Sequence record: PZ379177.1
Length of the DNA: 64,000 bases
Direction: 5' to 3' (one strand)
DNA from: a phage
The number at the start of each line of letters is the position of its first letter. Position 1 is the stretch's first letter. This document shows, piece after piece, positions 36,825 through 46,802 of this stretch. The notes under the pieces were generated by a model. That model was not told the DNA's origin and ran no database searches. It worked only from the letters and a program-made list of their open reading frames with translations. Made by a program: the position numbers and the translations under genes.

Positions 36825-37046
36825 TCATGCTTCACAAGCCGCCTTAATTTGACGTGGAGTAACGATGACTACTTCACCAACCAGTGACTTGTCATCTTCT
36901 TTTACCGTATCGATTCGAACGCGATAGTGATTGCGACCGCGCGAATCAGTAAGGTATTGATCCAGCTCAAGGATGGTGCCTGCGCGCATATTCTGTCCTG
37001 ACATCCAACTGATGCGGTCCCCAGCCTTAAGAGTTTTCTTGCTCAT
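36825..37046 (-). CDS. hypothetical protein
   Basis: ORF trimmed to internal Met MSKKTLK. Confidence 0.3.
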   Translation of the reverse strand: MSKKTLKAGDRISWMSGQNMRAGTILELDQYLTDSRGRNHYRVRIDTVKEDDKSLVGEVVIVTPRQIKAACEA

Positions 37047-37053
37047 CTTCAAC

Positions 37054-37332
37054 TCACTTATAATATTTAAACATAGCCGCGCAAAAGTCTTGCATGGCAT
37101 TCTTAATTTGCTTCTTGAACAACGGGTCGTGCATCGTTTCAACATTCGTCTTAATCCGAACGTGACCGATAACATCAAACGCAGTTGCCGGCATCGGCTC
37201 ATAGATTTCATGATCGTTCAATATTATATCTAGTCTTGACTCAGAAATCACGGGATAATTCTTTCCAGCAGTAAACTGGTCATCAATCGATGACGTGCAC
37301 TTGACAAAGAACACTTTGTATGTAGAAATCAT
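37054..37332 (-). CDS. hypothetical protein
   Basis: 92-aa ORF. Confidence 0.35.
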   Translation of the reverse strand: MISTYKVFFVKCTSSIDDQFTAGKNYPVISESRLDIILNDHEIYEPMPATAFDVIGHVRIKTNVETMHDPLFKKQIKNAMQDFCAAMFKYYK

Positions 37333-37767
37333 AGTGAGTCCTTCGGGCCGCAGTAGCGCCCGTCCAGGTATCGGTCGTATTGGATTAAAGCGAATGTTTT
37401 CAACGAAAGGTTACGGCGCTTAAACAGGTGACCCGTTGATGGATTCTGCTCGTGCGCCGTAGGATAAAGGCGTGTCAGGTAGTGGATGAGGACTTGTAAA
37501 GCCCTACGTTGCTTTGTTATTCTCCCTTGTGTATTCATGGCTGAATCTACCCTCTGTCAATATCCGGTCGTGGATGACTATACCAGTGCACCGCAGGCGG
37601 TTGGCATTGCTTCGCGCCTTTGCTGCTTGATGAGGATTGAACAAGCCAAATAAACTAGCCTTAAAAGCAAACTGGTAATATTTGATTAAGGTACTAAGTG
37701 CTAACTCAATCCTGTCTAAATTAATCATAATATCACCTCGTCAGAAAAGCAAATATTTTGATGATAA

Positions 37768-38415
37768 TTATCCTGTGGCCTGCATATTGCGTACATACTT
37801 CTGCTCTAATGAATAGATGAAGTCGGCGACCGTCAATCCTTTGGTGTGCCACTCATACATTGTGTAGCCTGTATTCAGGAAATAGCCGCGCACTTTATCC
37901 ATCGCTTCAGCTTCCTCCATGGAAGCCATCAGCGCGGCGACGTTATCATAAGAAGGCACAAATCCCTTCTTGCGTAGCGCATTGCGCAAATCTTTAGTTC
38001 TGAATCCAATCTTGCACGGGTCATCACGGCCCGTTGATGATGCAACCTTCGGCAAAGCAAGGAACTCTTTGAGGAACATCGAGATGTTCAGGTCGCCTGC
38101 ATCATCAAGCTTCTGGAGTCGGTTGCGACCGCGCCCCTTGAATTCACTCGCACGGGGGTGAGCGCCAAAACAGTGCGCACCTTCCAATTTAGGGTCGATG
38201 ATCATCAAATCTTTTCCTACGCGCAATTCAACGTAGTAAAGGTATGTCTCATCGACAAGCTTCGTGCGTTTACAGGTGATGGAGTCCTTATCGTAACCAA
38301 AACCACGCAACACGGTTGAAATCATCCGGTTCATTTCTTCTCCGTGAACGTCACTCTCTTTGTTCAGTTCACCGAGATGTTGAAAGAATTTAGCGATGTT
38401 GATTGCTTTATTCAT
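37768..38415 (-). CDS. hypothetical protein
   Basis: 215-aa ORF immediately downstream of primase-helicase gene. Confidence 0.45.
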   Translation of the reverse strand: MNKAINIAKFFQHLGELNKESDVHGEEMNRMISTVLRGFGYDKDSITCKRTKLVDETYLYYVELRVGKDLMIIDPKLEGAHCFGAHPRASEFKGRGRNRLQKLDDAGDLNISMFLKEFLALPKVASSTGRDDPCKIGFRTKDLRNALRKKGFVPSYDNVAALMASMEEAEAMDKVRGYFLNTGYTMYEWHTKGLTVADFIYSLEQKYVRNMQATG

Positions 38416-40085
38416 CAGAATTCATCCTTATCTCTTCCTAAAGAACGTTTGCGCTCAATAACCTTCTTCAAGAATTCAATATCTTCAGGGTCAGACTCGT
38501 CGCGAATAAGATACGCTAAGATAGTCATCAAGTCAGAAATGTATTCCCCTGCTTCATTCTTAATCAGCGGCGTAAAGTATCCACGCTGGTTGCGATAGGT
38601 CGCAGGCTCAAATCCAAGCTTCGACATGTGCGGCGCAAGGGTACGTGAGAAAGGCGACTTGCCGCACTTAGCTCTGAATCCCATAGCGATTGCACCACTG
38701 GTGATGTGCCAGCGTCCGCTGTGATGTCGGTCATAAGGCGCGGTAATGACGACTTCAACAAGGTCGTTGTCGACCATCTCATCACGGATAACGCCGCGAG
38801 CACGTTCCATTTCATTCTTGCTAAACTCAGTAAGCATGCGAGATGTTTCACCAACAAACGCGTTGTAACCTGCTTCGCCGTGCTTCTCCATCCATGCAGC
38901 GCACTCAGCCATCAATTGCCAAACGTCTTCTTTCAAAGTGGAAAGATCAGCTTGGAAGTCTTTCGACCAGTTCGGCTGCCCGTCCTTGTCAGCAAGTTGG
39001 CCAACAAAGATAGGATATACACGACGGTTGCCCGTGTCATCACGCTGCATACCTGCGTATTCGTTGCCGTCCATGATAGCAATCCACTGGCGTGGTTTAA
39101 CCTGCGTATCTTCAAATTTGAAGTCCAGGTCATCTTCCGTCTTAGTCAGGAATGCTTTCATGTTTTCGATGTCAGCCTTTTTAAAGCCTGTCATCTCGCC
39201 AACGTTCGCGATAATTGAGCGACCCGTAATAGCTCGCAAGAACGGGTTGAAGTTCTGCGCGGCCAAGTTCAACGGAATCGGTGTTGCGTGGCGGTCGTTC
39301 ATAATAGCTTCGCAAAGTAGCTTACTAAAATAACTCTTCCCTGCGTTCTGGCCGCCGATGAGCGCGATGGAGATTGGCGCTTGACATCCAGGGTTTGTCA
39401 GGCGGTTGTAGAGCGATAGCCAAAAATACACACCGATTTGTCGGTTTAACTCTGTATCGAACGGTCGGAATAGCTCGATAAGGTATTTTTCAATGCGCGC
39501 AGTACCGTCCCATTCAGGAAGCTTCTTGTAGAAGAAGTCCATCAGGTCGTCGCGCTGATAACGCATGGCCCATTCCTTATAGGATTGAGCGACCTGACGT
39601 GAGTTTGGGTTGGACAGTCCTGCTGCGTCGACAGCGGCAACTATCTCTGTGACTTCCAAAGTACGGTCGGTGAATGTTTCGCCGCGATGGTCGACTAAGC
39701 GCCCACGAAAAGTATCTTTGTGAGGGAATGGAACAACGCCACTTCCCTTATCAAACAACGCGTCGAAAACCGCATAACGGTTCATGTCACTCGTCCGGTC
39801 TGCCTGTAGAACGAAGTCATCTTTGGTAGGCTTGTAGTGAGGGAACTTGATTACCTGAAGTGAGGCGAGCAAGCGTGCTCTTTCAACCAAGTCTTCTTCA
39901 CCGTAGCATTCCATGCGCTCTGCATCTTTCTCAACAGCCTTATGCTGGAGGCTGATTTTAGCTCTGGTGCCTTGCTGCTCTGCCGCTTGCATCTCTTCTG
40001 AAACACCAGCGTCTTGAATTTCGTCAAAGATTGCACCAAATTCATCACCTGTATCCTCTGGAAGATTGTCATGTTCAATTGACAT
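38415..40085 (-). CDS. primase-helicase-type P-loop NTPase (D5/P4 family-like)
   Basis: 556 aa; Walker A IALIGGQNAGKSYFSKLL in C-terminal half. Confidence 0.55.
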   Translation of the reverse strand: MSIEHDNLPEDTGDEFGAIFDEIQDAGVSEEMQAAEQQGTRAKISLQHKAVEKDAERMECYGEEDLVERARLLASLQVIKFPHYKPTKDDFVLQADRTSDMNRYAVFDALFDKGSGVVPFPHKDTFRGRLVDHRGETFTDRTLEVTEIVAAVDAAGLSNPNSRQVAQSYKEWAMRYQRDDLMDFFYKKLPEWDGTARIEKYLIELFRPFDTELNRQIGVYFWLSLYNRLTNPGCQAPISIALIGGQNAGKSYFSKLLCEAIMNDRHATPIPLNLAAQNFNPFLRAITGRSIIANVGEMTGFKKADIENMKAFLTKTEDDLDFKFEDTQVKPRQWIAIMDGNEYAGMQRDDTGNRRVYPIFVGQLADKDGQPNWSKDFQADLSTLKEDVWQLMAECAAWMEKHGEAGYNAFVGETSRMLTEFSKNEMERARGVIRDEMVDNDLVEVVITAPYDRHHSGRWHITSGAIAMGFRAKCGKSPFSRTLAPHMSKLGFEPATYRNQRGYFTPLIKNEAGEYISDLMTILAYLIRDESDPEDIEFLKKVIERKRSLGRDKDEF

Positions 40086-40221
40086 TTAATCCTCCTGATA
40101 CGGCTTTGTTATATTGTTGCATGGATATATCCTTTCAGGGTGCGGTAAATAAACGCCAGATTTCTGGCGTTGTATATTAATATAGTAAAACTCAATTTAA
40201 AGCAATATAACTGGTGAACTA

Positions 40222-40512
40222 TCAGCAAGGAAATTGGTTGGCGTATGCCTTTCTCAATTTGTTTACTGATTGAACAGCATGAAGGTATTGGCAATCGGTG
40301 AAGATGCGGCGCAAATGATCCATAGAAGACAGGTCATCGTTAGTAACCACCAGAATCTCTTCCGAAGGACAGCCAGCTTCTTTGACAATCTCATTGAGAT
40401 TTGCGCCACTAATTTCTTCAACACGTTTCACCTCATCGATACCGTAAACATCAACGGCAACTTCGATGTCGTCATCGCTGATATTTTCACCATAAAGAAT
40501 TACAATATTCAT
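40222..40512 (-). CDS. hypothetical protein
   Basis: 96-aa acidic ORF. Confidence 0.35.
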   Translation of the reverse strand: MNIVILYGENISDDDIEVAVDVYGIDEVKRVEEISGANLNEIVKEAGCPSEEILVVTNDDLSSMDHLRRIFTDCQYLHAVQSVNKLRKAYANQFPC

Positions 40513-40631
40513 CCACTCACCCCTGCCAAATAATATGCCATATCCAATACATATAATAGCCCCAGGATGATGACAAGGGAAATGATTAATGTGTATTTCT
40601 TTACGGCTTTCATAAGTATCTATACCTAAAT

Positions 40632-40895
40632 TTACTGTTGAGGATCACCAATGGAGTCTGTTGCATCCCATTCAACGCGTGCTGTGCGCTCTGCTGGTGG
40701 GCAACCTTCGCCAGCGTAAAGCTCCACAACGCCTTCATGAGAGCAGCACTGGCACTCTACAAGGTCGCCATCTTCCCAGGCACCTTCCTCCGCGTTGCGA
40801 TGCTGCCGCACCTTGATAACATCGCTTGCACAGTTAGGACAAGTCGAGAGATTGCTGGTAACGTTCCAGGTGAACTCGTTACGGAAAGCACCCAT
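40632..40895 (-). CDS. hypothetical zinc-ribbon protein
   Basis: CPNCASD...CQCCSHEG motif; start trimmed to internal Met. Confidence 0.35.
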   Translation of the reverse strand: MGAFRNEFTWNVTSNLSTCPNCASDVIKVRQHRNAEEGAWEDGDLVECQCCSHEGVVELYAGEGCPPAERTARVEWDATDSIGDPQQ

Positions 40896-40896
40896 G

Positions 40897-41187
40897 CTAC
40901 ACCTCTTGATCTCTTTGCTGTTGAATCGCGGCTGAAGCTTCGTCAAAATTGACTGGCTCAACGGTGAACGTTGCACTGACCGTAAGGTTTTTAATAGTCA
41001 GCAGCGTATTGAATCGTTCGGCCTGAAGATTCATAGCGACATGCGTGGATACGTTAAGGATTGCCCCAACAACTTCCTCCACTGCGTAGCCTGCAAACAA
41101 AGGAAGAATCTGGTTGACAAGCTTAAGCTCGTTTTCAACACGAAGATTTTGTGCTTCTTCAACGGTCATCATTTTTGGTTCGTTCAT
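40897..41187 (-). CDS. hypothetical protein
   Basis: 96-aa ORF. Confidence 0.35.
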   Translation of the reverse strand: MNEPKMMTVEEAQNLRVENELKLVNQILPLFAGYAVEEVVGAILNVSTHVAMNLQAERFNTLLTIKNLTVSATFTVEPVNFDEASAAIQQQRDQEV

Positions 41188-41394
41188 TTTTATTCCTTAA
41201 CAAATTCAGAGTAGTGTTGGGCCGCAGCCGCTTGATGGTGAGCCATGACTCCTTGAAGGGTCGGAAGCTCTGCTGGTTTAGGTTCTAACGACTTTAACAG
41301 ACATTCAACCTCGATGTTCAATTCTTCGCTTTGCATGAATCACCTCTGCTTCAGTTCATAAAATGATTATAGTTGCTATGAAAATAAAAGCAAA

Positions 41395-42477
41395 CTATTT
41401 TATGCCACCTGCACGACGATTTATCATGTCAAGTTGATTCTCAATATAAGGCATGACGATTGCTTCAACAAAAGCAGTCCAACCTTTCTTGCCTTCCCCT
41501 TTCCGGTGACAGTCGTGAGCGCAACCGAAAACGAATTCATGTTCAGCGCCAGGGATTGGGCCGCGAAAATAAGCGCCGTATGGGTCGCCGTTGGTGTGTT
41601 CTTCACCCCAAGGACAGATGATGCGGCATTTGCCTGACATGTTTTCAACAACATCGCCATCGGACCCTTCACCCATCTTATTGCGAGCAAGGATTTGCTG
41701 GGCTATTTTATACCAAACAGCATCATATTTGTATTCGTCAACGTCAATTTGAATTTCACGCTTTTGCGGCATAACGACGTGGAAACCGAAGGCTTGGCAA
41801 ATCTCTTCGATTGTGTAGCGCAAAGAATAGTCTGCATGAACAAGTCGGCAGCGGAACGGGTCGCCGTTCTCATCGACATATTTATAGGGGCCGTCGTGAG
41901 TCACACGCTTGTTGTTGATGCACCCAGGAACACGGCCCACGCGCGTTACGTCTTTAATCGTGTTGTCGCCGCCCTTCTTGAGTACCATGTTAACGAAAGA
42001 CCCAAGGAACGCTTTGAACTGAATAAGATGGTCAATCGGTTCTTTAAAGAAGTACCAAAGCTGGTGGTTGTTCGGTGAAGTCTCGACGATGACAGTCGGC
42101 TTCAGTCGCTCGAAAAAGAATTCCAAATCTAAATCGCCTTTGGACCCTTTACCGTGACCGATGTCGTCGACCATCATCGCCATACCGTGACCAAAGGCCG
42201 ACTCTGTACGCCAGTATCGCATCTCACCCGTCTTTGGGTTGGGAGACTTACGCATCGAACTGATGCAAGCATAGCCGTTTTGGTGCTGCATGAGCGGCTT
42301 GCCCAACTTCCAAGGCTTAGGCCAGAAGCTGCTGTTGATCTTCTTGCCGCGTTCGTCGGTCTGTACCGTTGCTTCAGGAGCAAACACCGTCATGACGCGC
42401 TCATCTTCTGGAATGCCTCTTTGGAGTTCTGTTAAAAACTCTTCGATTATTTTTGCTTCTTCTCTTAAACTAGCCAT
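41395..42477 (-). CDS. replication-associated protein with C-terminal Cys/His cluster (possible primase-polymerase)
   Basis: 360 aa; acidic MMVDDIGHG motif and C-terminal CPWGEEH...CAHDCH cluster; no secure family assignment. Confidence 0.35.
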   Translation of the reverse strand: MASLREEAKIIEEFLTELQRGIPEDERVMTVFAPEATVQTDERGKKINSSFWPKPWKLGKPLMQHQNGYACISSMRKSPNPKTGEMRYWRTESAFGHGMAMMVDDIGHGKGSKGDLDLEFFFERLKPTVIVETSPNNHQLWYFFKEPIDHLIQFKAFLGSFVNMVLKKGGDNTIKDVTRVGRVPGCINNKRVTHDGPYKYVDENGDPFRCRLVHADYSLRYTIEEICQAFGFHVVMPQKREIQIDVDEYKYDAVWYKIAQQILARNKMGEGSDGDVVENMSGKCRIICPWGEEHTNGDPYGAYFRGPIPGAEHEFVFGCAHDCHRKGEGKKGWTAFVEAIVMPYIENQLDMINRRAGGIK

Positions 42478-42637
42478 CTTTCTTTCCTTCGGTGATCAAT
42501 ACCTGCAGTATAATATTGAGTGATACAAAGTCAACAATATTTACCATTTAGTTCACAATTTCGATTTACTTTGCTTTATACTATATCTGCAATTATACTA
42601 TCAGAAAATATTTCCGCACTAACAAAGGTCGCCTGAA

Positions 42638-42964
42638 ATGAACGAAAAAGAGACGAAGCAACGCGAACGTGCAACACACGTCGGCATCGTTGAGTCCTTC
42701 CTTAATACAAGATTGAATTCAAGCCTAACAATCATGCGATTCCTGGGTCAACCAGACAGAATCAAATTTATTTTTGCCGCAAATCCGGTATCGCTGTACA
42801 TCCCTGTTGAATCCATGGCGTACTTAGTGCGCGACGAGAAAGGATGGAAGATACCAAACACAACTGTTTTCTTCAGCCATGTTGATGGTGAGATGTTTGA
42901 ACGAAAAGAAGATTGCCATTTTATTCCAGTATATCTGGACCTTGACAGCGTAGTGGAGTTATAA
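42638..42964 (+). CDS. hypothetical protein
   Basis: 108-aa ORF, first gene of rightward replication block. Confidence 0.4.
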   Translation: MNEKETKQRERATHVGIVESFLNTRLNSSLTIMRFLGQPDRIKFIFAANPVSLYIPVESMAYLVRDEKGWKIPNTTVFFSHVDGEMFERKEDCHFIPVYLDLDSVVEL

Positions 42965-44148
42965 TGAGCATTCCAGAATTTAATGATGAGCCAGTGATTC
43001 AGTTTAACGCGCAACAAATCGATGCCATCGAGAAGGCCGTTGCATGGTACAAGCGATTGCAGGACGGTAAAACTACGAAGCGCGTGTTTTTCATTGCTGG
43101 CTATGCAGGGACTGGTAAAACCTCTATTGCTCGCGAGATTGTGCGCCGATGTGTCGGTGAGTACGGCGCTATCTATATTGCTCCGACCGGAAAGGCTGCA
43201 AGCCGATTAAAGCAAAAAGGCTGTCGTGGCGCTAAGACCCTTCACCAGTTCATCTATAACGTGCGCGGCGTTAACGATGACAATGAACCAATCTTCGCAA
43301 GAAAGTCAACGCTTGATGAAAGGCCGCACCTTGTCGTCCTTGATGAAGCTTCAATGGTCGGTGAGTGGGACACAGAGCGCCTTCTTGATCACCGCATCCC
43401 TGTCCTGGCATTAGGCGACATTGGACAAGTCCCTCCGGTAAAAGCCGCAGCCTACTTTACCGAAGAAGCCGTTGACGTACTGTTAACCGAAATCATGCGG
43501 CAGGGGAAAGAGTCAAACATAATCCGCGCCTCCTTCTTCGTGCGCCAAGGCAACCGACTTCCTCCGCGTGAATACGATGACGTCAAAGTATTGGCAGAAT
43601 CGCCGCGCGTTACTGCGTTGAAGAAATTCATGGGCAAAGATGATCAAATTATTTGCTCCTATAACAGCACCAAAGATAAATGGAATTCATTATTACGGCA
43701 AGTGAGCGGACGTATAACGCCAATGCCAGGAATCGGTGAGAAGGTTATTTGCACCTTCAACCAACACGGGCCAGGATTCTGTAATGGCGAGCAAGGGATT
43801 GTTATTAGCTATGAGCCAGTGCCGGACTTTGAAAGGGATGAAGATGAGTCGAATGAAATCATGTATGTTAATTTACGCTCATTGACTGATGGGAAAGATA
43901 TAAAGGTAAAGATCAATCCTCTTTCCTTCTCTACTGATCAGGAAGTGCGCAAAGAGGCCCAACGCGCTGTTGGAGGCATGGACTATGGCTATGTCATCAC
44001 GGTGCACAAATCGCAAGGCAGCGAGTGGGACAATGTGTGCGTGCTGGAAGAAATCTTGCACGGCGTTCCGTACTCCAAGATGATGTACACCGCTATCACC
44101 CGTGCTAAGAAGAATCTGACCGTGTACCGTGATTTGAAAGCGCGTTAA
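42964..44148 (+). CDS. Dda/RecD-like superfamily 1 DNA helicase
   Basis: Walker A GYAGTGKTS, Walker B VVLDEASMV, motif VI VITVHKSQGSEWDNV. Confidence 0.75.
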   Translation: MSIPEFNDEPVIQFNAQQIDAIEKAVAWYKRLQDGKTTKRVFFIAGYAGTGKTSIAREIVRRCVGEYGAIYIAPTGKAASRLKQKGCRGAKTLHQFIYNVRGVNDDNEPIFARKSTLDERPHLVVLDEASMVGEWDTERLLDHRIPVLALGDIGQVPPVKAAAYFTEEAVDVLLTEIMRQGKESNIIRASFFVRQGNRLPPREYDDVKVLAESPRVTALKKFMGKDDQIICSYNSTKDKWNSLLRQVSGRITPMPGIGEKVICTFNQHGPGFCNGEQGIVISYEPVPDFERDEDESNEIMYVNLRSLTDGKDIKVKINPLSFSTDQEVRKEAQRAVGGMDYGYVITVHKSQGSEWDNVCVLEEILHGVPYSKMMYTAITRAKKNLTVYRDLKAR

Positions 44149-44307
44149 TGTTGACGTAAATTTACGAAAAATAAAACTGAAAATCAGTTTAATTAAAGTG
44201 GCATTGCCGCCATAGTTTTTAGTTGCTACTGGCGGCGACTGAAGGCATAATTAAGTTATCCCAAACGGGGAATATAAAATAAACTAATTTATTTAAGGAC
44301 TGTGAAT

Positions 44308-45147
44308 ATGGCCGAAGCAATCAAAGTATTATCTAAAGAAGAAAAACAAGCAGCCGCAGCAGAACGTCGTCGCGTGGCTGAAGAAAAACGCCTGGCTAAA
44401 AAGAAAGAAGCCGAAGAAAAACGCCAGAAGCGTGAGCAGGAAAAACAAGCCAAGCGTGAAGAAGCTGCGCTGAAACGCAAGCAAGCTGCTGATGAGAAGG
44501 CTCAGAAGCGTGCTGAAGAAGCAGCTAAGAAAGCTAAAGAGCGTGCAGAAAAGGCTGCCGCTAAGAAGGCAGAGCGTGAAGCCGCTAAAGCCGCTAAAGA
44601 AATTGAAAAGGCAAAGGCGAAAGAAGAAGCCAAGCGCCTGAAAGCTGAGCAGGCTGCGGCCAAGAAAGCTGAGCGTGATCAAGCCCGTGCTGCAGCGAAG
44701 GCCGAAAAAGAGAAGGCAAAAGAAGAAGCTAAAGCGAAACGCAAGGCAGAGCGTGAAGCTGCTAAGATTGCGGCGAAAGAAGCTGCAGAACAGCAGAAAG
44801 AACAGCGTAAGAAAGAAGCTGAAGAACGTCGCAAAGCCATCGCAGAACGTAAGGCTGCTAAAAAGGCAAACGGTCAGCGTCGTGCAAAAGCCACTCACTT
44901 CATCTACACTGGCAATGGCCTGAGCCAGCCGCAAGAGCATTCCACCCGTGGACGCGTTCTGGCGGCGATCAAAGAAGGCGAAGTTGGCGTGGCGCAGTCT
45001 ATCGATGAGCTGGGCGAAAAAGTTAAAGATCAACTGTTTGGCGCTTCCGTTCGCTCCTACCTGAGCAAGCTGGAAGAGATGGGCCACATCGAGTTTGTCG
45101 ATGTTGAATCCAATGACGATGCCGAAGACGGTGATCAAGCGGAATAA
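44308..45147 (+). CDS. Lys/Ala/Glu-rich coiled-coil protein with globular C-terminal domain
   Basis: about 190 aa of KAE low-complexity repeat, then a non-repetitive 80-aa C-terminus; RBS AAGGA before ATG at 44308. Confidence 0.5.
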   Translation: MAEAIKVLSKEEKQAAAAERRRVAEEKRLAKKKEAEEKRQKREQEKQAKREEAALKRKQAADEKAQKRAEEAAKKAKERAEKAAAKKAEREAAKAAKEIEKAKAKEEAKRLKAEQAAAKKAERDQARAAAKAEKEKAKEEAKAKRKAEREAAKIAAKEAAEQQKEQRKKEAEERRKAIAERKAAKKANGQRRAKATHFIYTGNGLSQPQEHSTRGRVLAAIKEGEVGVAQSIDELGEKVKDQLFGASVRSYLSKLEEMGHIEFVDVESNDDAEDGDQAE

Positions 45148-45175
45148 CCTGTAGGACGGTTATGTAGCGGTAATT

Positions 45176-45203
45176 GACCCACACTTGTTGTGGGTCTTTT
45201 TTC
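45176..45203 (+). terminator. rho-independent terminator
   Basis: hairpin GACCCACACTTGTTGTGGGTC followed by TTTTTTCG. Confidence 0.5.
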
Positions 45204-45281
45204 GTCTGTACTAAATAGAAATGACTTGTTGCTGTAAAATAATTTAGCTATTATACTTCTCATATCACCCACAAAGGACAA

Positions 45282-46277
45282 ATGAACATGAAACAACCTG
45301 TAATGATTATCGGCGGCGGCTTGGCAGGACTTATTACCGCGTGTCACTTCCCGAACTCTATTGTGTACGAAGCAGGGGAGCGAGCGCCACAGCACAAGGC
45401 GCTGCTACGCTTTCGCGGCGAAGAAGTAAGCCGTATTACCGGAATACCTTTTAAGGCCGTGACAGTTGACAAGGCTGTGTATTTTCGCGGTAACTACTAC
45501 CACGACCATTGCCCAATTAACCTTGCAAATATGTATTCCATGAAGGTCACCAATCAGTTTGGCAGCCGTTCAATCATGAAGCTTAAGACTGCAACGCGTT
45601 ATATTGCGCCTGATGACTTTTATGATCAGCTTGTCGACAAACTGGGTGACCGCATATTCTTTAATACTCCGGTTGATACTCTTTGCGGCTATAGCGAGAC
45701 GCCAATCATCAACACGTCGCCGCTGCCAGTAATGATGAAGCTTGCTGGGATTGATCAAAAGCTTGATTTCTCATTTGATAAAGCAAACATTCGCGTTTAC
45801 CGCTTTAAGATTAAACGTAAGTGTGATTTGTATCAGACAATTTACTTCCCTGACTACTCCGTCAGAACTTACCGCGCATCAATTACTGGTGACACACTTA
45901 TCATTGAAACCATTCCTTTGGTCAGCGTGAGTGAAGCTGCAGTTGAAGCCGCTGGCGGCATCACTCGTTACCGTGACATGAAGCTGCGCGCAGAAGTCGA
46001 CGAAGTGTTGACAGCCTTTGGCCTCTCATGGAGTGACATCGCTCTTGAAGAAGTTGAAAAGGTCGACCAGAAATATGGCAAGATTGTCGACATTCCGAAA
46101 GACTTGCGACACGCCCTACTCCTGCAGCTGACCATGGATTTAAACGTGTTTAGTGTCGGTCGATTTGCTACCTGGCGCAACATTTTGCTTGATGACGTCG
46201 CTCATGACCTTGTTGAAGTTGAAAAACTCATCAAAGCAAATAACTATCAAAAATTTGCTTATATTGCTAATAAATAA
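45282..46277 (+). CDS. FAD/NAD(P)-binding oxidoreductase (putative)
   Basis: N-terminal dinucleotide-binding motif MIIGGGLAGL. Confidence 0.5.
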   Translation: MNMKQPVMIIGGGLAGLITACHFPNSIVYEAGERAPQHKALLRFRGEEVSRITGIPFKAVTVDKAVYFRGNYYHDHCPINLANMYSMKVTNQFGSRSIMKLKTATRYIAPDDFYDQLVDKLGDRIFFNTPVDTLCGYSETPIINTSPLPVMMKLAGIDQKLDFSFDKANIRVYRFKIKRKCDLYQTIYFPDYSVRTYRASITGDTLIIETIPLVSVSEAAVEAAGGITRYRDMKLRAEVDEVLTAFGLSWSDIALEEVEKVDQKYGKIVDIPKDLRHALLLQLTMDLNVFSVGRFATWRNILLDDVAHDLVEVEKLIKANNYQKFAYIANK

Positions 46278-46342
46278 TTTGCTTTCTGCTTCAATGGGCG
46301 TATACTTTAATCATTGAAGCAGAACTCATAGAGGAAACGAAA

Positions 46343-46789
46343 ATGAAACGAATCACTGGAATCGCGCTTGCCGCGACTGCTATTCTCGGCACCATGTATA
46401 TGGAAGCGACTGAAGCCGCTGTCCGTACTTCCGATTCAATCGCTGTTTACGATTGTGAAGCGATGGACGGTAAGACCGCAGCAACGACTGGTGCAAAGAT
46501 TACCACTTACATCGGTGTGAATGAGCAAGAAGGTCTGAATATTCAGATTCAGGGATTCACGGGAAAAGGTGTCAACCGGACTCCGTGGATGCAACGTTTC
46601 ACTTTCGTCCAGCCTCGTTCAACTGGCGGCTTTATCAACCTGATTGGTGAAAACCGTTCTGGTGCAGAAATCTTTACATCAATGAGTTCTAATAATGAAC
46701 CAAAGAAAAGTTTTCAGTTGCTTTATAACGCACAATTCGTTTATCATTGCGTTTTCTCTGGTGATCAGCAACTGGTAAATTACCGTTAA
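46343..46789 (+). CDS. secreted protein of unknown function
   Basis: N-terminal signal-peptide-like segment MKRITGIALAATAILG. Confidence 0.45.
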   Translation: MKRITGIALAATAILGTMYMEATEAAVRTSDSIAVYDCEAMDGKTAATTGAKITTYIGVNEQEGLNIQIQGFTGKGVNRTPWMQRFTFVQPRSTGGFINLIGENRSGAEIFTSMSSNNEPKKSFQLLYNAQFVYHCVFSGDQQLVNYR

Positions 46790-46802
46790 TAGGATAATTA
46801 AA

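Noticed and set aside
36825-37211. Full-length 128-aa ORF 36825..37211
   Set aside because: The N-terminal 55 residues are Arg/Cys-rich and overlap the neighbouring gene 37054..37332; an internal Met (MSKKTLK) gives a compact gene without overlap, so the shorter form was reported.
44329-45138. 269-aa minus-strand ORF fully overlapping the KAE-rich gene
   Set aside because: It is the reverse-complement reading of a low-complexity GAA/GCN/AAR repeat; the product is an implausible F/L/S-rich string and there is no RBS. It is an artefact of repeat composition.
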